From Dehalococcoidia bacterium (GTDB taxonomy: Bacteria > Chloroflexota > Dehalococcoidia > UBA6926), in assembly GCA_963666115.2 (NCBI GenBank), contig CAXXET010000006.1:448001-512000 (forward strand): a stretch of DNA of 64,000 nucleotides, given 5' to 3'. The position numbers and the translations under genes were made by a program. How positions within the stretch are numbered: position 1 is the stretch's first letter; every line of letters starts with the position of its first letter. The notes beneath the pieces are model-generated. The model had not been told where the DNA came from and did not search any database. It was given only the letters and a program-made list of their open reading frames with translations. Below, one piece after another: positions 1-11,158 of the stretch.

Positions 1-993
1 GAGGGACTGCTCGTCAATATCGGCGCAAAGAGCGAAGGGGTGATTCCCTACCGTGAAATGCGAAGCCTGCCGGAAGATGAGGCGCGCGCCCTCAAGTCCG
101 GGGATTCCATCGTCGCGACTCTCGTGCGGACCGATGACGCCGGGCAATACATGCTCTCGTATGATCGGGCACAGGCCGAGCGGGGGTGGCGCCAACTCGA
201 AAAGGAAAAGGAATCCGACGAGCTCATTGACGGCAAGGTCATCGGCCATAACCGCGGCGGCATCCTTGTAGAGACGCATGGCGTGCAGGCATTCGTGCCG
301 TTGTCGCAGTTGTCGCCTGAACACCGGGAACTCGCGTCCGGCGAGGGCGACGACCAGCTGCAGGCGCTCGATACGCTCGTTGGGCAGGAGTTCCAGTTTA
401 AGGTAATCGAGGTCAATCGACGGCGGCAGCGGGCCATTCTCTCCGAGCGCGCCGCGTCCCAGGACATGCGAATCGAACAGCGGCAGGCCTTGCTTGCCGA
501 ACTGCAAGAGGGGACGATCCGCAAGGGCAGGGTGACCGGCGTCCGCGACTTCGGCGCGTTCGTTGACCTTGGCGGCGCGGACGGCCTCATCCACGTATCC
601 GAGCTTGCGTGGGAGCCCGTGACGCATCCGTCTGAGATTGTCCAGACGGGGCAGGAGCTTGAGGTTCACGTTCTCAAGGTTGACCATGAGACGGGCCGCA
701 TATCCCTCAGCCTGCGCCGGACGCAGCCGGACCCGTGGCTTGCGGAGGTGGAGGCGTACCAGGAGGGCCAGATTGTCGATGCAACCGTGACCCGCCTGGC
801 AGTATTTGGCGCTTTTGCGCGTTTGGAGCAAAGTAATATAGAGGGCCTTATCCACATCTCGGAAATGGCGGATCACCACATCAACCACCCGCGTGAGGTC
901 ATCAAGGAGGGGGATACGCGGCGGGTGAAAGTGCTCAGGATCGAACCGGAGCGGCGCAGGTTGGGCCTCAGCTTGCGCCAGCTGGATGCATAG
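1..993 (+). CDS. rpsA: 30S ribosomal protein S1 (5' truncated at window edge)
   Basis: Repeated S1 domains (GAFVDLGGADGLIHVSEL, GAFARL..EGLIHISEM); the frame is open back to base 1 (EGLLVNIGAKSEGVIP). Confidence 0.93.
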   Translation, partial: EGLLVNIGAKSEGVIPYREMRSLPEDEARALKSGDSIVATLVRTDDAGQYMLSYDRAQAERGWRQLEKEKESDELIDGKVIGHNRGGILVETHGVQAFVPLSQLSPEHRELASGEGDDQLQALDTLVGQEFQFKVIEVNRRRQRAILSERAASQDMRIEQRQALLAELQEGTIRKGRVTGVRDFGAFVDLGGADGLIHVSELAWEPVTHPSEIVQTGQELEVHVLKVDHETGRISLSLRRTQPDPWLAEVEAYQEGQIVDATVTRLAVFGAFARLEQSNIEGLIHISEMADHHINHPREVIKEGDTRRVKVLRIEPERRRLGLSLRQLDA

Positions 994-1045
994 AATTTGG
1001 AAGGCGCGGGCGCGAATCCCATACCCAGGGTGAGCGGAGAAGATA

Positions 1046-3589
1046 ATGGCAAGCAGATTTGAAAAGTTCTCGGAGCGCGCCAGGCGGGTTCTCTCCCTGG
1101 CGCAGGAAGAGGCGGGCGAACTCAACCACAACTACATCGGCACGGAGCACGTCCTTCTTGGACTTGCGCGTGAGCCGGAGGGCGTCGGCACCCGCGTCCT
1201 CGTGTCTCTTGGTGTCGACCTCTCCAAGATCCGGTCCGCCGTTACCTTTATCATCGGGCGGGGCCAAAAGCAGCAATCGACCGACGTCGGTCTCACCCCG
1301 CGCGCCAAGAAAGTCATTGAACTCGCCGTCGACGAGGCGCGTGAGATGTCGCATCACTATATCGGCACGGAACACTTGCTCATCGGACTGCTGCGCGAGG
1401 GCGACGGCGTTGCCGCGGGAGTCCTTGAGAGTCTTGGGGTAACTCTCGACAAGGTGAGGCAGGAGACCCAGCGCATCCTGAGCCAATCCGGCGGGCAGCC
1501 GGGCAGCAGGTCCGGCACGCGCACCCCGACTCTTGATCAACTTGGCGTGGATTTGACGCAGTTGGCCCGTGAAAGGCAGCTTGACCCGGTCATTGGGCGG
1601 CAGCAGGAGATCGAGCGCGTCGTCCAGATTCTCTCGCGGCGCACCAAGAACAATCCCGTTCTCATTGGCGAGCCCGGTGTTGGCAAGACCGCCATCGTTG
1701 AAGCCCTTGCCAGGCGCATTGCCGGTGTTGACGACACGGATGCCGCAGACGTGCCGGGCAACCTCAAGGGCGCCCGCCTCGTCACGCTTGACATGGGGGC
1801 GCTCGTCGCGGGCACCAAGTACCGGGGCGAGTTTGAGGAGCGTCTCAAGAAGGTCGTCGACGAGATTCGCTCGGCCAAGAACATCATTCTTTTCATCGAC
1901 GAAATGCACACCCTCGTCGGGGCGGGCGCAGCCGAGGGCGCGGTCGACGCGTCCAACATCCTGAAGCCGTCGCTCGCCCGCGGCGAACTCCAGACAATCG
2001 GCGCGACCACGCTGGACGATTACCGCCGCTACGTTGAGCGCGACCCTGCGCTGGAGCGGCGCTTCCAGCCCGTCCGCGTTGAGGAGCCGTCATCCGACGA
2101 CACCGCCAAGATCCTGCGCGGCGTCAAGGGGCAGTATGAAGAGCACCACAGCCTTACCATCACCGATGAGGCCGTGGAGGCCGCCGCCACGCTCGCGGCC
2201 CGGTACATCGCGGATCGTTTCCTGCCGGACAAGGCCATCGACCTCATCGATGAGGCTGCAAGCCGTGTTCGCATTCGCGCCTCGTCCATGCCTCTCTCCG
2301 TCAAGGAGGCGATGAGGGCGCTTGAGCGCGTCCGCGCTGAAAAGGACAACGCTGTTGCCGCCGCCAATTTCGATTTCGCCGCCGAGATGCGCGAGCGTGA
2401 GGTCAGCCTCGCCGAGCGCATCGCCCGCCTTGAGCAGGAATGGCAGAACGAGCAGGAAAGCGCGATACCGGAGGTGACCGAGGACGACATCGCCCAGGTG
2501 GTGAGCATGTGGACGAATATCCCGGTCACGCGCCTCGCCGCCGAGGAGAGCGAGCGGCTGCTGCACATGGAAGAGGTGATGCACGGCCGCATCATCGGTC
2601 AGCATGAGGCCATCATCAATGTCTCCAAGGCCGTGCGCCGCGCGAGGGCGGGGCTGAAGGATCCGCGCCGCCCCATCGGCACATTCCTGTTCCTTGGGCC
2701 GACGGGCGTTGGCAAGACCGAGCTTGTCCGCGCGCTGTCCGAGTTCATGTTCGGCTCGGAGGACTCTCTCATTCGCCTTGACATGTCCGAGTTCATGGAG
2801 CGCCACACTGTCGCGCGACTCGTTGGCGCGCCGCCGGGGTACGTCGGCTTTGATGAGGGCGGACAGTTGACGGAAGCCGTGCGCCGCAATTCCTACTGCG
2901 TGATCCTCCTCGATGAGATCGAGAAGGCGCACCCGGAGGTCTTCAATATCCTGCTGCAGATCTTTGATGACGGCCACCTGACCGACGCCAAGGGCCGCAA
3001 GGTGGATTTCCGGAACGCCATCGTTGTCATGACGTCCAACATCGGCGCGGAGGTCATCAAAAAGAACTCCAATATCGGCTTCTCCTATGCGCGCGACGAA
3101 ACCGACGTGCGCCGGCAGAGCTATGACCGCATGAAGGACAAGGTGCTGGACGAGGTCAAGGAGTTCTTCCGGCCTGAGTTCCTCAACCGCATTGACGCGC
3201 AGGTCGTCTTCCATTCGCTTGATCGCGAGCACATCCGCCAGATCGTCGACCTGATGATGAAGGACGTGGAAAAGCAGCTGGAAACCAAGAAGATCACCAT
3301 TGAGGCCACCGACGCGCTGCGCGACCACGTTGGCGAAAAGGGCTACGACGAGACCTACGGCGCAAGGCCGCTCCGGCGCGTGATCCAGGACATGATCGAA
3401 GACAGGCTGTCCGACGACATCCTGAGCGGTCAAATCGCCGAGGGCGACACGGTTCACGTGGACTACGTGGACGAAGAGGTTGTGGTGACGGTCCTGGAGC
3501 GCGTGCAGTTGGAGCCGACCGGTACGAGCGATACTGTCGAAACAGAGGAAGCTGCCGAGACTCCTGAGACCGTCGAGGTGGCGGGCTAG
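1046..3589 (+). CDS. clpC: ATP-dependent Clp protease ATP-binding subunit ClpC
   Basis: Double Clp-N repeat ([16 protein letters not shown]), two AAA modules ([16 protein letters not shown]), UVR-like middle domain, GARPLRR. Confidence 0.97.
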   Translation: MASRFEKFSERARRVLSLAQEEAGELNHNYIGTEHVLLGLAREPEGVGTRVLVSLGVDLSKIRSAVTFIIGRGQKQQSTDVGLTPRAKKVIELAVDEAREMSHHYIGTEHLLIGLLREGDGVAAGVLESLGVTLDKVRQETQRILSQSGGQPGSRSGTRTPTLDQLGVDLTQLARERQLDPVIGRQQEIERVVQILSRRTKNNPVLIGEPGVGKTAIVEALARRIAGVDDTDAADVPGNLKGARLVTLDMGALVAGTKYRGEFEERLKKVVDEIRSAKNIILFIDEMHTLVGAGAAEGAVDASNILKPSLARGELQTIGATTLDDYRRYVERDPALERRFQPVRVEEPSSDDTAKILRGVKGQYEEHHSLTITDEAVEAAATLAARYIADRFLPDKAIDLIDEAASRVRIRASSMPLSVKEAMRALERVRAEKDNAVAAANFDFAAEMREREVSLAERIARLEQEWQNEQESAIPEVTEDDIAQVVSMWTNIPVTRLAAEESERLLHMEEVMHGRIIGQHEAIINVSKAVRRARAGLKDPRRPIGTFLFLGPTGVGKTELVRALSEFMFGSEDSLIRLDMSEFMERHTVARLVGAPPGYVGFDEGGQLTEAVRRNSYCVILLDEIEKAHPEVFNILLQIFDDGHLTDAKGRKVDFRNAIVVMTSNIGAEVIKKNSNIGFSYARDETDVRRQSYDRMKDKVLDEVKEFFRPEFLNRIDAQVVFHSLDREHIRQIVDLMMKDVEKQLETKKITIEATDALRDHVGEKGYDETYGARPLRRVIQDMIEDRLSDDILSGQIAEGDTVHVDYVDEEVVVTVLERVQLEPTGTSDTVETEEAAETPETVEVAG

Positions 3590-3610
3590 CTGACGGCCGG
3601 GTCTGGCACG

Positions 3611-4426
3611 ATGCCACGACCACATATCGTGGACAAGCGCGAGCAACTGCGCGCGCAGCTACGGGAAATGGGTTCGATCATCGTTTCCTTTTCGGGAGGC
3701 GTCGACTCCAGTCTTCTTCTCGCTGAGGCCGTCGATGTCCTGGGACAGGACGCTCTTGCGGTAACCGCGCTCTCCCCCACGTTCGCCGATTCGGAGGCTG
3801 AGGACGCGCGAGACATTGCCGCGTTCCTGGATGCCCGCCATGAATTCTTCTACACGGATCAACTGGACATGGAGGGCTTCGCGGCAAACGATGGCCGCCG
3901 CTGCTACTTCTGCCGCGTTGACCTGTTCTCCCAGCTTCGCACGATTGCCGAGGAGCGCGGGATTCCCTGGGTCATCGACGGCACTCTCATCGACGACCTG
4001 GGAGACGTGCGCCCCGGCCTAAAGGCAAAGGATGAGCAGGGAATCCGCAGCCCGTTCGTCGAGGTCGGCCTGACCAAGGACGAGGTGCGCCAACTTGCTC
4101 GCGAACGCGGACTGCCCAACTGGGATAAGCCTGCCGAGTCGTGCCTCGCATCTCGCATTCCGTTGGGCACGCCCGTCTCGTTCGAGCTTCTCGACAAGAT
4201 CGCCCGCGCGGAAAAATATCTCCGTGAGCAGGACTTCAAGCAGGTTCGCGTCCGCCATCACGGCGCAATTGCCAGGATCGAAGTCCCCCCGGAGGATATG
4301 GAGCGGTTGATCGCCGGGGACTTGCGCGATGACCTGACCAACCACATTCGTGAACTGGGCTATCTCTTCGTGACGCTGGACCTCGCCGGCTACAAGACCG
4401 GCAGCCTGAATACGCGCCGGGTATAG
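3611..4426 (+). CDS. larE: LarE-family ATP-dependent sulfur transferase (nickel-pincer nucleotide cofactor biosynthesis)
   Basis: PP-loop SGGVDS, RCYFC, D.RPG, WDKPA.SCLASRIP, QVRVRHHG..ARIE; adjacent to larC. Confidence 0.92.
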   Translation: MPRPHIVDKREQLRAQLREMGSIIVSFSGGVDSSLLLAEAVDVLGQDALAVTALSPTFADSEAEDARDIAAFLDARHEFFYTDQLDMEGFAANDGRRCYFCRVDLFSQLRTIAEERGIPWVIDGTLIDDLGDVRPGLKAKDEQGIRSPFVEVGLTKDEVRQLARERGLPNWDKPAESCLASRIPLGTPVSFELLDKIARAEKYLREQDFKQVRVRHHGAIARIEVPPEDMERLIAGDLRDDLTNHIRELGYLFVTLDLAGYKTGSLNTRRV

Positions 4427-4437
4427 GTCAGGGCCAC

Positions 4438-5652
4438 ATGCGAATCGCGTGGCTGCAATGCGCGAACGGCGTCAGCGGCGACATGCTGCTTGGGGCGCTT
4501 GTGGACGCGGGCGCGCCGGTGGACGCGATGAACGCGGCGATCAGCAGCGTCTTTCCCGATAAAGTGGTCAAGCTCACGCCCGATGAGGCGTACCGCGCCG
4601 GAATCCGCTCAACACATATGCAGGTTTCAGGGGGCGATGATGCTGAGGGCGGCCACACACCGCTGTCCGAGCTCATTGGACGCCTTGAGAACTCCACGTT
4701 GCCGAAGGACATCACTGAACATGGCACGGCAATACTGCGCCGGATTGGCGAGGCGGAAGCGCGTGTCCACGGCGGCAGTGTTGACGATGTGGAACTCGCG
4801 GAGCTTGGGTCGGCTGACACGCTTGTTGACATTGTTGGCACGCTTGTCGGCCTGGAAGAACTTGGAATTGAGTCCCTGTACTCCACGGGCTTGCCGCTGG
4901 CGACCGGCCGCGTGACGACTCATCATGGAGTCCTGCCTGTGCCGGCGCCCGGCGTGCTGGAAATGATGCGGCTGGCGGGAGCGCCTGCGCTGCCGCCCCC
5001 ATCGGCAGGCGAGGGTCAGCCAACCGGCGAAATCGTGACGCCCACGGGCGCGGCCATCCTCACAACGCTTGCCTCATTTGACCCTCCCCCTGCAATGAGC
5101 GTGGTTCATTCCGTTGGCTACGGGGCAGGCACGAAAGACCCAAAGGGCAGGGCAAACATCGTCACCCTCATCGTTGGAGAGGCTGCCGATGAGCCCGCGC
5201 GGGTTCAGCAGATGGTCATGATCGAGACCACGATCGACGATATGAACCCCGAGATATACGACTACGTTCGCGAGCGTCTGATGGCGGCGGGCGCGCGAGA
5301 CGTGTGGCTCCAGGATGTCCAGATGAAGAAGGGCCGCCCCGGCGTGATCGTGTCCGCAATTGCGCCGGAGTCTGCGCGGGACGCAATCGTCGGAGAGCTG
5401 CTCCGTGAAACGACGACGTTAGGCGTTCGCGTCACGCCCGTCACCCGCTACGAAGCGGCCAGAGAGTCAGTCGTCGTAGACACTCCGCTGGGCCCTGCGC
5501 GTGTGAAGGTGAAACGCTTGACGCCTGATGGGGAGATAGTCGGCTTTGCGCCGGAGTATGAGGATTCCCGCCGGCTGGCTGAACAGTCGTCCGTGCCGCT
5601 CAGCCGGGTGTATGACATCGTGCGCCGGGCGGCGGAGGACTCGCTGCTCTGA
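4438..5652 (+). CDS. larC: LarC-family nickel insertase (cyclometallase), fused LarC1-LarC2
   Basis: GVSGDMLLGALVD, HG.LPVPAP, GEIVTPTGAAIL, ETTIDDMNPE, MKKGRPG, ETTTLGVR, PEYED. Confidence 0.92.
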   Translation: MRIAWLQCANGVSGDMLLGALVDAGAPVDAMNAAISSVFPDKVVKLTPDEAYRAGIRSTHMQVSGGDDAEGGHTPLSELIGRLENSTLPKDITEHGTAILRRIGEAEARVHGGSVDDVELAELGSADTLVDIVGTLVGLEELGIESLYSTGLPLATGRVTTHHGVLPVPAPGVLEMMRLAGAPALPPPSAGEGQPTGEIVTPTGAAILTTLASFDPPPAMSVVHSVGYGAGTKDPKGRANIVTLIVGEAADEPARVQQMVMIETTIDDMNPEIYDYVRERLMAAGARDVWLQDVQMKKGRPGVIVSAIAPESARDAIVGELLRETTTLGVRVTPVTRYEAARESVVVDTPLGPARVKVKRLTPDGEIVGFAPEYEDSRRLAEQSSVPLSRVYDIVRRAAEDSLL

Positions 5653-5666
5653 CGCCGTTCGTCCAC

Positions 5667-5695
5667 TTGACGATTGATAGCCCGCAATTCATACT
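5667..5695 (+). promoter_or_regulatory. Putative sigma70 promoter of the tRNA-tuf operon
   Basis: TTGACG-17 bp-CATACT upstream of tRNA-Thr. Confidence 0.55.
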
Positions 5696-5752
5696 GAATT
5701 GGGCTAGCAACCGCTAGCTCCTTTTGTTGTGCCGATGTGGAGAAGGGCCCGG

Positions 5753-5825
5753 GCCCGAGTGGCGCAAGGGTAGCGCAGCCGATTTGTAATCGGCAGGTTA
5801 GCGGGTTCGAATCCCCTCTCGGGCT
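5753..5825 (+). tRNA. tRNA-Thr(TGT)
   Basis: Acceptor stem GCCCGAG/CTCGGGC, anticodon arm GCCGA-TTTGTAA-TCGGC, GTTCGAATC T-loop; CCA not fully encoded. Confidence 0.93.
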
Positions 5826-5901
5826 CCGGCATCACCGTATGCCGCCCGCAGGCACGACGACGCATTGAGAGAAGGAAGCAGAAATACCGCAAAGGAGAGA
5901 G

Positions 5902-5977
5902 GCCCACATAGCTCAGGCGGTAGAGCACGTTCTTGGTAAGAACGAGGTCACCAGTTCGAATCTGGTTGTGGGCTCCA
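5902..5977 (+). tRNA. tRNA-Thr(GGT)
   Basis: Acceptor stem GCCCACA/TGTGGGC, anticodon arm CGTTC-TTGGTAA-GAACG, T-loop GTTCGAATC, encoded CCA. Confidence 0.97.
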
Positions 5978-5999
5978 GCTCGAAGGAGGACGGGAGGGA

Positions 6000-7199
6000 A
6001 TGGCGAAGCAGAAGTTCGTGCGGAACAAGCCGCACCTCAACGTCGGGACCATTGGTCACGTCGACCATGGCAAGACCTCGCTCACCGCAGCGATCACCAA
6101 GGTGCTGAATCTCGCCGGCACAAGCGATTTTCGGCCCTTCGACTCCATCGACAATGCGCCGGAGGAGCGAGCGCGCGGCGTGACGATCAACATCGCGCAC
6201 GTCGAGTACGAAACCGCAGGCCGCCATTACGCGCATGTCGATTGCCCCGGCCACGCCGACTACATCAAGAACATGATCACCGGCGCGGCGCAGATGGACG
6301 GCGCAATCCTCGTTGTGAGCGCGCCGGACGGCCCCATGCCGCAGACGCGAGAGCACATCCTTCTCGCCCGGCAGGTGGAGGTTCCCCGCGTCGTCGTCTA
6401 CCTGAACAAGGTTGACATGATGGATGACGAGGAGCTTCTTGAGCTCGTCGAAATGGAAGTCCGCGAGCTGCTTTCCCGGTACGACTTCCCCGGCGACGAC
6501 ATCCCGTTCATCCGGGGAAGCGCGCTGCAGGCGCTGGAGAGCGACTCCACCGACGCGGGGGCGGACGAGTACGCCTCCATCCTCCAGTTGATGGAGGCGG
6601 TTGACTCCTACATCCCGGAGCCGGAGCGTCCCCGCGACCAGTCCTTCCTGATGCCCATCGAGGACGTGTTTGGCATCAAGGGCCGCGGCACCGTGGTCAC
6701 CGGCCGCGTGGAGCGCGGCATCATGAAGGTTGGCGAAGAGGTCGAGATCGTTGGCTTTGGCGAGCAGCGCAAGACCGTCGTCACCGGAATCGAGATGTTC
6801 CACAAGACCGTTGATGAGACGGAGCCCGGCGACGCCGTGGGGCTGTTGCTGCGCGGCATCGAACGCGATGACGTCGAACGCGGCCAGGTCGTCTCCCTGC
6901 CGAACTCCATTACGCCGCATACGCAGGCGGCGGCCCAGGTGTACGTTCTGACGCGAGATGAGGGCGGGCGGCACACCCCGTTCTTCGATGGCTATAAGCC
7001 GCAGTTCTACATCCGCACCACGGACGTGACAGGCTCCGCTCACCTGCCGGACGGCACGGAAATGGTGATGCCGGGAGACAACGTGGAGATGCGCATTGAG
7101 TTGATCACGCCCGTCGCGATGGAAGAGGGACTGCGGTTCGCCATCCGCGAGGGCGGCCGGACCGTCGGCTCCGGCGTGATCACCGGCATCATCCAGTAG
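6000..7199 (+). CDS. tuf: Elongation factor Tu
   Basis: [28 protein letters not shown]. Confidence 0.99.
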   Translation: MAKQKFVRNKPHLNVGTIGHVDHGKTSLTAAITKVLNLAGTSDFRPFDSIDNAPEERARGVTINIAHVEYETAGRHYAHVDCPGHADYIKNMITGAAQMDGAILVVSAPDGPMPQTREHILLARQVEVPRVVVYLNKVDMMDDEELLELVEMEVRELLSRYDFPGDDIPFIRGSALQALESDSTDAGADEYASILQLMEAVDSYIPEPERPRDQSFLMPIEDVFGIKGRGTVVTGRVERGIMKVGEEVEIVGFGEQRKTVVTGIEMFHKTVDETEPGDAVGLLLRGIERDDVERGQVVSLPNSITPHTQAAAQVYVLTRDEGGRHTPFFDGYKPQFYIRTTDVTGSAHLPDGTEMVMPGDNVEMRIELITPVAMEEGLRFAIREGGRTVGSGVITGIIQ

Positions 7200-7245
7200 G
7201 CGAACGGGATCAGGCGGAGAGACGCTCACGGCTACCGGGGCAACC

Positions 7246-7413
7246 ATGGCAAAGAAACAGGGAAACCGCATCGTGATCACCATGGCATGCGTGGAATGCC
7301 GTGAGCGCAATTACTCCTCCATGAAGAACCGCCGGAATGACACGCAGCGGATGGAACTCAACAAGTTCTGTCCGCGCTGTCACGGCCGGCGCCTGCACCG
7401 GGAAGTTCGGTAG
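7246..7413 (+). CDS. rpmG: 50S ribosomal protein L33 (Zn-ribbon C+ type), not in the ORF track
   Basis: Hand translation MAKKQGNRIVITMACVECRERNYSSMKNRRNDTQRMELNKFCPRCHGRRLHREVR; lies between tuf and secE. Confidence 0.95.
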   Translation: MAKKQGNRIVITMACVECRERNYSSMKNRRNDTQRMELNKFCPRCHGRRLHREVR

Positions 7414-7434
7414 GCGGACAGCCCGCAACATCCA

Positions 7435-7665
7435 ATGAGCACACGCACGCAAACCACAAGCCGGCGCCGCCCCACAGGTGGCGCCATCACGCGAATGCCC
7501 CGCGAGGTCATCACCGAGCTTCGGCGCGTGACCTGGCCCTCGCGGGAAGAGGCTGTTCGCCTCACCATCATGGTGCTGGTCGTTTCGGCAGTCGTGGGCC
7601 TCTTCCTCGGAGGAGTGGACTACGTCTTCAATTTCCTGATGACCGAGTTCATCATCGGCGTCTAA
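7435..7665 (+). CDS. secE: Preprotein translocase subunit SecE
   Basis: ELRRVTWPSR motif followed by one TM helix; synteny with nusG. Confidence 0.95.
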   Translation: MSTRTQTTSRRRPTGGAITRMPREVITELRRVTWPSREEAVRLTIMVLVVSAVVGLFLGGVDYVFNFLMTEFIIGV

Positions 7666-7688
7666 ACGGCAATTCGGACTGGCAAGCG

Positions 7689-8252
7689 ATGACAACCCAG
7701 AGCGACGTTCTCGGCGACGAGGAGAAGACCCGGTGGTACGTGGTTCACACGTACTCCGGACAGGAGGACCGCGTCCAACGCAACCTGGAGAACCGCATCG
7801 ACTCGCTGGACGTAAGGGACAAGGTCTACAGCGTCGTTGTTCCTACTGAAGACGAGATCGAGATACGATCCGGCCAGAAGCGCACTGTGACGCGCAAGGT
7901 ATTCCCCGGCTACATCCTCGTCGAGATGATGATGGACGACGACACGTGGCGGGTGGTCCGGGAAACCCCTGGCGTCACCGGTTTCGTGAGCAGTGGCGAT
8001 CCGCCGCGGCCGGTTCCGCTGGATGAGAACGAAGTGCGGGGCATCCTCGACCAGATGGAGCAAGAGGCGCCGCGCGTTCGCGTGGGGTATCAGAAGGGGC
8101 AGAGCGTCCGCATTACGGACGGCCCGTTCCTGGACTTCATCGGCACGGTTGAGGAAGTCAGCCCGGATCGCGGCAAGGTCGTCGTGATGGTTTCGTTCTT
8201 CGGACGCGAGACGCCCGTGGAACTGGACTTCCTGCAAATCGAGAAACTGTAG
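7689..8252 (+). CDS. nusG: Transcription termination/antitermination factor NusG
   Basis: [23 protein letters not shown] motif, FGRETPVEL. Confidence 0.98.
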   Translation: MTTQSDVLGDEEKTRWYVVHTYSGQEDRVQRNLENRIDSLDVRDKVYSVVVPTEDEIEIRSGQKRTVTRKVFPGYILVEMMMDDDTWRVVRETPGVTGFVSSGDPPRPVPLDENEVRGILDQMEQEAPRVRVGYQKGQSVRITDGPFLDFIGTVEEVSPDRGKVVVMVSFFGRETPVELDFLQIEKL

Positions 8253-8269
8253 CGGAGCGGCAAGAAAGA

Positions 8270-8695
8270 ATGGCACGCAAAGTACGGTCGGTCGTGCGTC
8301 TGCAAATCCAGGCGGGCAAGGCAACGCCTGCGCCGCCCGTCGGCACGGCCCTTGGCCCCCATGGCGTGAACATCATGGGGTTCGTCAAGGAGTACAACGC
8401 GCGGACGGCGGACCAGACCGGCAATATCATCCCCGTTGACATCACGATCTATGAGGATCGGTCATTCACGTTCGTCACGAAAACGCCGCCCGCGTCCGAT
8501 CTCCTGCGCAAGGCCGCCGGCATCGAAAAGGGCAGTTCGGACGTGCGGACGGAACGCGTCGCGACGGTCACCCGGAACCAGGTGCGGGAGATCGCGCAGT
8601 TGAAGTTGGCGGATCTGAACACGGACAATGTTGAGGCCGCGATGCAGATGGTGATGGGCTCTGCCCGCAGCATGGGCATCGACATAAGCGACTAG
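8270..8695 (+). CDS. rplK: 50S ribosomal protein L11
   Basis: [22 protein letters not shown]. Confidence 0.98.
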   Translation: MARKVRSVVRLQIQAGKATPAPPVGTALGPHGVNIMGFVKEYNARTADQTGNIIPVDITIYEDRSFTFVTKTPPASDLLRKAAGIEKGSSDVRTERVATVTRNQVREIAQLKLADLNTDNVEAAMQMVMGSARSMGIDISD

Positions 8696-8713
8696 GGCAC
8701 GGATAATCGACAC

Positions 8714-9430
8714 ATGCCAAAGCACAGCAAGCGATACGACCAGGCTGCCGAATCGGTTGAGCATCTGGCTTTCTATGAGCCGGATGCCGCGATAGGCCTC
8801 GTCAAGGACTCCGCCACCGCGAAATTCGATGAGACGGTGGAGATTCATATTCGTCTCAATGTTGATCCCCGCCAGGCGGACCAGCAGGTGCGCGGTGTCG
8901 CCCTGCTGCCGCACGGGCTTGGCAAGACAGTCCGCGTCCTCGTGTTCGCGCAGGGGGAGGGCGAGCGGCTCGCTACCGAAGCCGGGGCCGACTTTGTCGG
9001 TTCCGACGACCTCATTGAACGAATCGAGGGCGGGTGGACGGATTTTGACGTTGCGCTTGCGACGCCGGACATCATGGGCCGCATTGGGCGATTGGGGCGC
9101 GTTCTCGGACGCAAAGGTCTCATGCCGAGCCCGCGGGGAAACACCGTGGTGCAGCCGCAGGACCTGCCGCGCGCCATTGATGAGGCTCGCAAGGGGCGTG
9201 TCGAATTCCGCCTTGACCGCACCGGCATTATCCACAGCCCCATCGGAAAGGCCAGTTTCGAGCCAGAGAGCTTGAAGGGCAATATGGCCGCCCTGGTGAG
9301 CGCCATCACGCAGGCGCGCCCGGAGGCCATTCGCGGCCAGTTCATCCGCAGTGTGAGCGTATCCAGTTCAATGGGGCCCGGTGTACGGATTGATCCGATT
9401 GCGGCGGGCGCCCTTCAACCCGTTGACTAG
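8714..9430 (+). CDS. rplA: 50S ribosomal protein L1
   Basis: [14 protein letters not shown]...[18 protein letters not shown]. Confidence 0.98.
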   Translation: MPKHSKRYDQAAESVEHLAFYEPDAAIGLVKDSATAKFDETVEIHIRLNVDPRQADQQVRGVALLPHGLGKTVRVLVFAQGEGERLATEAGADFVGSDDLIERIEGGWTDFDVALATPDIMGRIGRLGRVLGRKGLMPSPRGNTVVQPQDLPRAIDEARKGRVEFRLDRTGIIHSPIGKASFEPESLKGNMAALVSAITQARPEAIRGQFIRSVSVSSSMGPGVRIDPIAAGALQPVD

Positions 9431-9454
9431 CAGATGTAATCGAAAGACGACAAA

Positions 9455-9985
9455 ATGCCGGCAGCCAAGAAGATCGAACAGGTTCAGGAACTCACCGAGT
9501 TCCTTGATGGCGCGTCGCTCATTATCGGCGCGGGCCACTCCGGGCTGTCCGTGCAGGAGATGGAAGGGCTTCGCCGGGCCCTGCGCGTCAATGATACGCG
9601 CTACCGCATCGTCAAGAACCGCCTCGCATTGCGGGCGGCTGAGTCCCTGGGGTACGGCGACGAAATCGGCAGCCTGTTGGACGGTTCTGTAGGCCTGATC
9701 GTCACGCGAGAAGACCCGATTCCCGTCATCCAGGCGCTCACCACGCACGTCCGCGCGAACCGGTTGCAGCTGCGGGTCACGAATGCGGTGCTGGAGAGCA
9801 GGGTCATCGCGCCGCCGCAGCTTGAGCGGCTGGCATCGCTGCCGCCGCGAGAAGTGTTGCTTGCGCAGGTGATGGGCGCGATGAACGGCGTGAGCCAGCG
9901 GCTGGTCAGTGTCTTGCATGCCCACCTGGGCAGTATCGTGAATGTCCTTGATCAGAGACGCAGACAACTGGAGGAGAGGAGCTAA
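9455..9985 (+). CDS. rplJ: 50S ribosomal protein L10
   Basis: [18 protein letters not shown]; synteny. Confidence 0.93.
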   Translation: MPAAKKIEQVQELTEFLDGASLIIGAGHSGLSVQEMEGLRRALRVNDTRYRIVKNRLALRAAESLGYGDEIGSLLDGSVGLIVTREDPIPVIQALTTHVRANRLQLRVTNAVLESRVIAPPQLERLASLPPREVLLAQVMGAMNGVSQRLVSVLHAHLGSIVNVLDQRRRQLEERS

Positions 9986-9989
9986 CACA

Positions 9990-10382
9990 ATGACGACAAA
10001 GGATGAGATTGTTGCGGCAATCGAGGGGATGTCCGTCCTCGATCTGGCCGATCTGGTGAAGGAGCTTGAAGAGCGGCTCGGCGTGACCGCCGCTGCGCCT
10101 GTCGCCGTTGCGGCTGCTCCGGCAACGGGCGGCGGGGATGCTGCGGCAGCCCCTGCAGAGGAAGAGCAGTTCGAGTTCACCGTCACCTTGAAGGACATCG
10201 GCCCCAACAAGATCGAGGTCATCAAGGCCGTCAGGGAGTTGGTGCCCGGCCTCGGCCTCAAGGAGGCGAAGGAGCTGGTGGAGTCCGCGCCTGCGGCCAT
10301 CAAGGAGAACGTGGCGAAGGACGAGACCGACACGATCAAGTCCAAGCTTGAGGGCGTCGGAGCAGCCGTCGACATCACCTAA
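9990..10382 (+). CDS. rplL: 50S ribosomal protein L7/L12
   Basis: Start reassigned to ATG 9990 after SD GGAGAGGAG; [38 protein letters not shown]. Confidence 0.97.
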   Translation: MTTKDEIVAAIEGMSVLDLADLVKELEERLGVTAAAPVAVAAAPATGGGDAAAAPAEEEQFEFTVTLKDIGPNKIEVIKAVRELVPGLGLKEAKELVESAPAAIKENVAKDETDTIKSKLEGVGAAVDIT

Positions 10383-10414
10383 GCCCTCTTGGCTCAGATG
10401 TGCTACACTGAGCC

Positions 10415-11158
10415 ATGGCTACCACAAACGGCCGCTATGAGCCGCCCGCAACCGGTTCAGACTACCTCCTGATCCGTGACGTGCCGTCCGATGAAAGGCC
10501 GCGCGAACGCCTGCGAGACCGGGGCGCGCAGGCGCTGAGCAACTCCGAATTGCTTGCGATTCTTCTCCGTGTCGGCAGGCAAAATGAGAGCGTCGTTACC
10601 ATGTCAACACGACTGTTGCGCGACCTTGGCGGAGTCAAGGGCCTGCACCAATCGACGTTTGACGAACTGGCGCGCCAGCCCGGCATGGCCGTCGCAAAGA
10701 CCGCGCAGATCAAGGCCGCGCTGGAACTCGGGCGGCGGCTCCAGGTGGAGTCGCCGGAGCAGCGTCCCATCATCTCCGGGCCGGAGGATGTCTATAAACT
10801 GGTCGGTGCGGACATGGTCTTCCTGGACCATGAGGAACTGCGCGTTCTCGTGCTGGACACGAAGAACCACGTCGTGCATATGGAGAGCCTGTATCGCGGA
10901 ACGGTCAACTCATCTCACCTGAGAACGGCGGAGGTGTTCCGGGAGGCGGTGCGGCGCAACCAACCCAACGTCATTGTCGTCCATAACCATCCGTCGGGAG
11001 ACCCCACGCCGAGCGCAGACGATGAGCGCACCACGCGCCATCTTATTGCCGCAGGCAAGGCGCTGGAGATTCAACTGCTCGATCATGTTGTCGTTGCTCA
11101 CAGCGAGGGAGCCCGCTTTGTGAGCATGAAGAATATGCGGCTGGGATTTGACTCCTAG
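10415..11158 (+). CDS. radC: RadC-family JAB-domain protein
   Basis: ERPRERL...ALSNSELLAILL, HNHPSGDPTPS..D, LLDHVV. Confidence 0.95.
   Translation: MATTNGRYEPPATGSDYLLIRDVPSDERPRERLRDRGAQALSNSELLAILLRVGRQNESVVTMSTRLLRDLGGVKGLHQSTFDELARQPGMAVAKTAQIKAALELGRRLQVESPEQRPIISGPEDVYKLVGADMVFLDHEELRVLVLDTKNHVVHMESLYRGTVNSSHLRTAEVFREAVRRNQPNVIVVHNHPSGDPTPSADDERTTRHLIAAGKALEIQLLDHVVVAHSEGARFVSMKNMRLGFDS

Noticed and set aside
5826-5901. Spacer between the two tRNA-Thr genes as a degenerate tRNA
   Set aside because: No cloverleaf or T-loop; only a small CGGCAT/ATGCCG hairpin.
10415-11158. radC as a marker of a mobile or anti-defence element
   Set aside because: It is the full-length chromosomal form with the N-terminal helical domain and has housekeeping neighbours.
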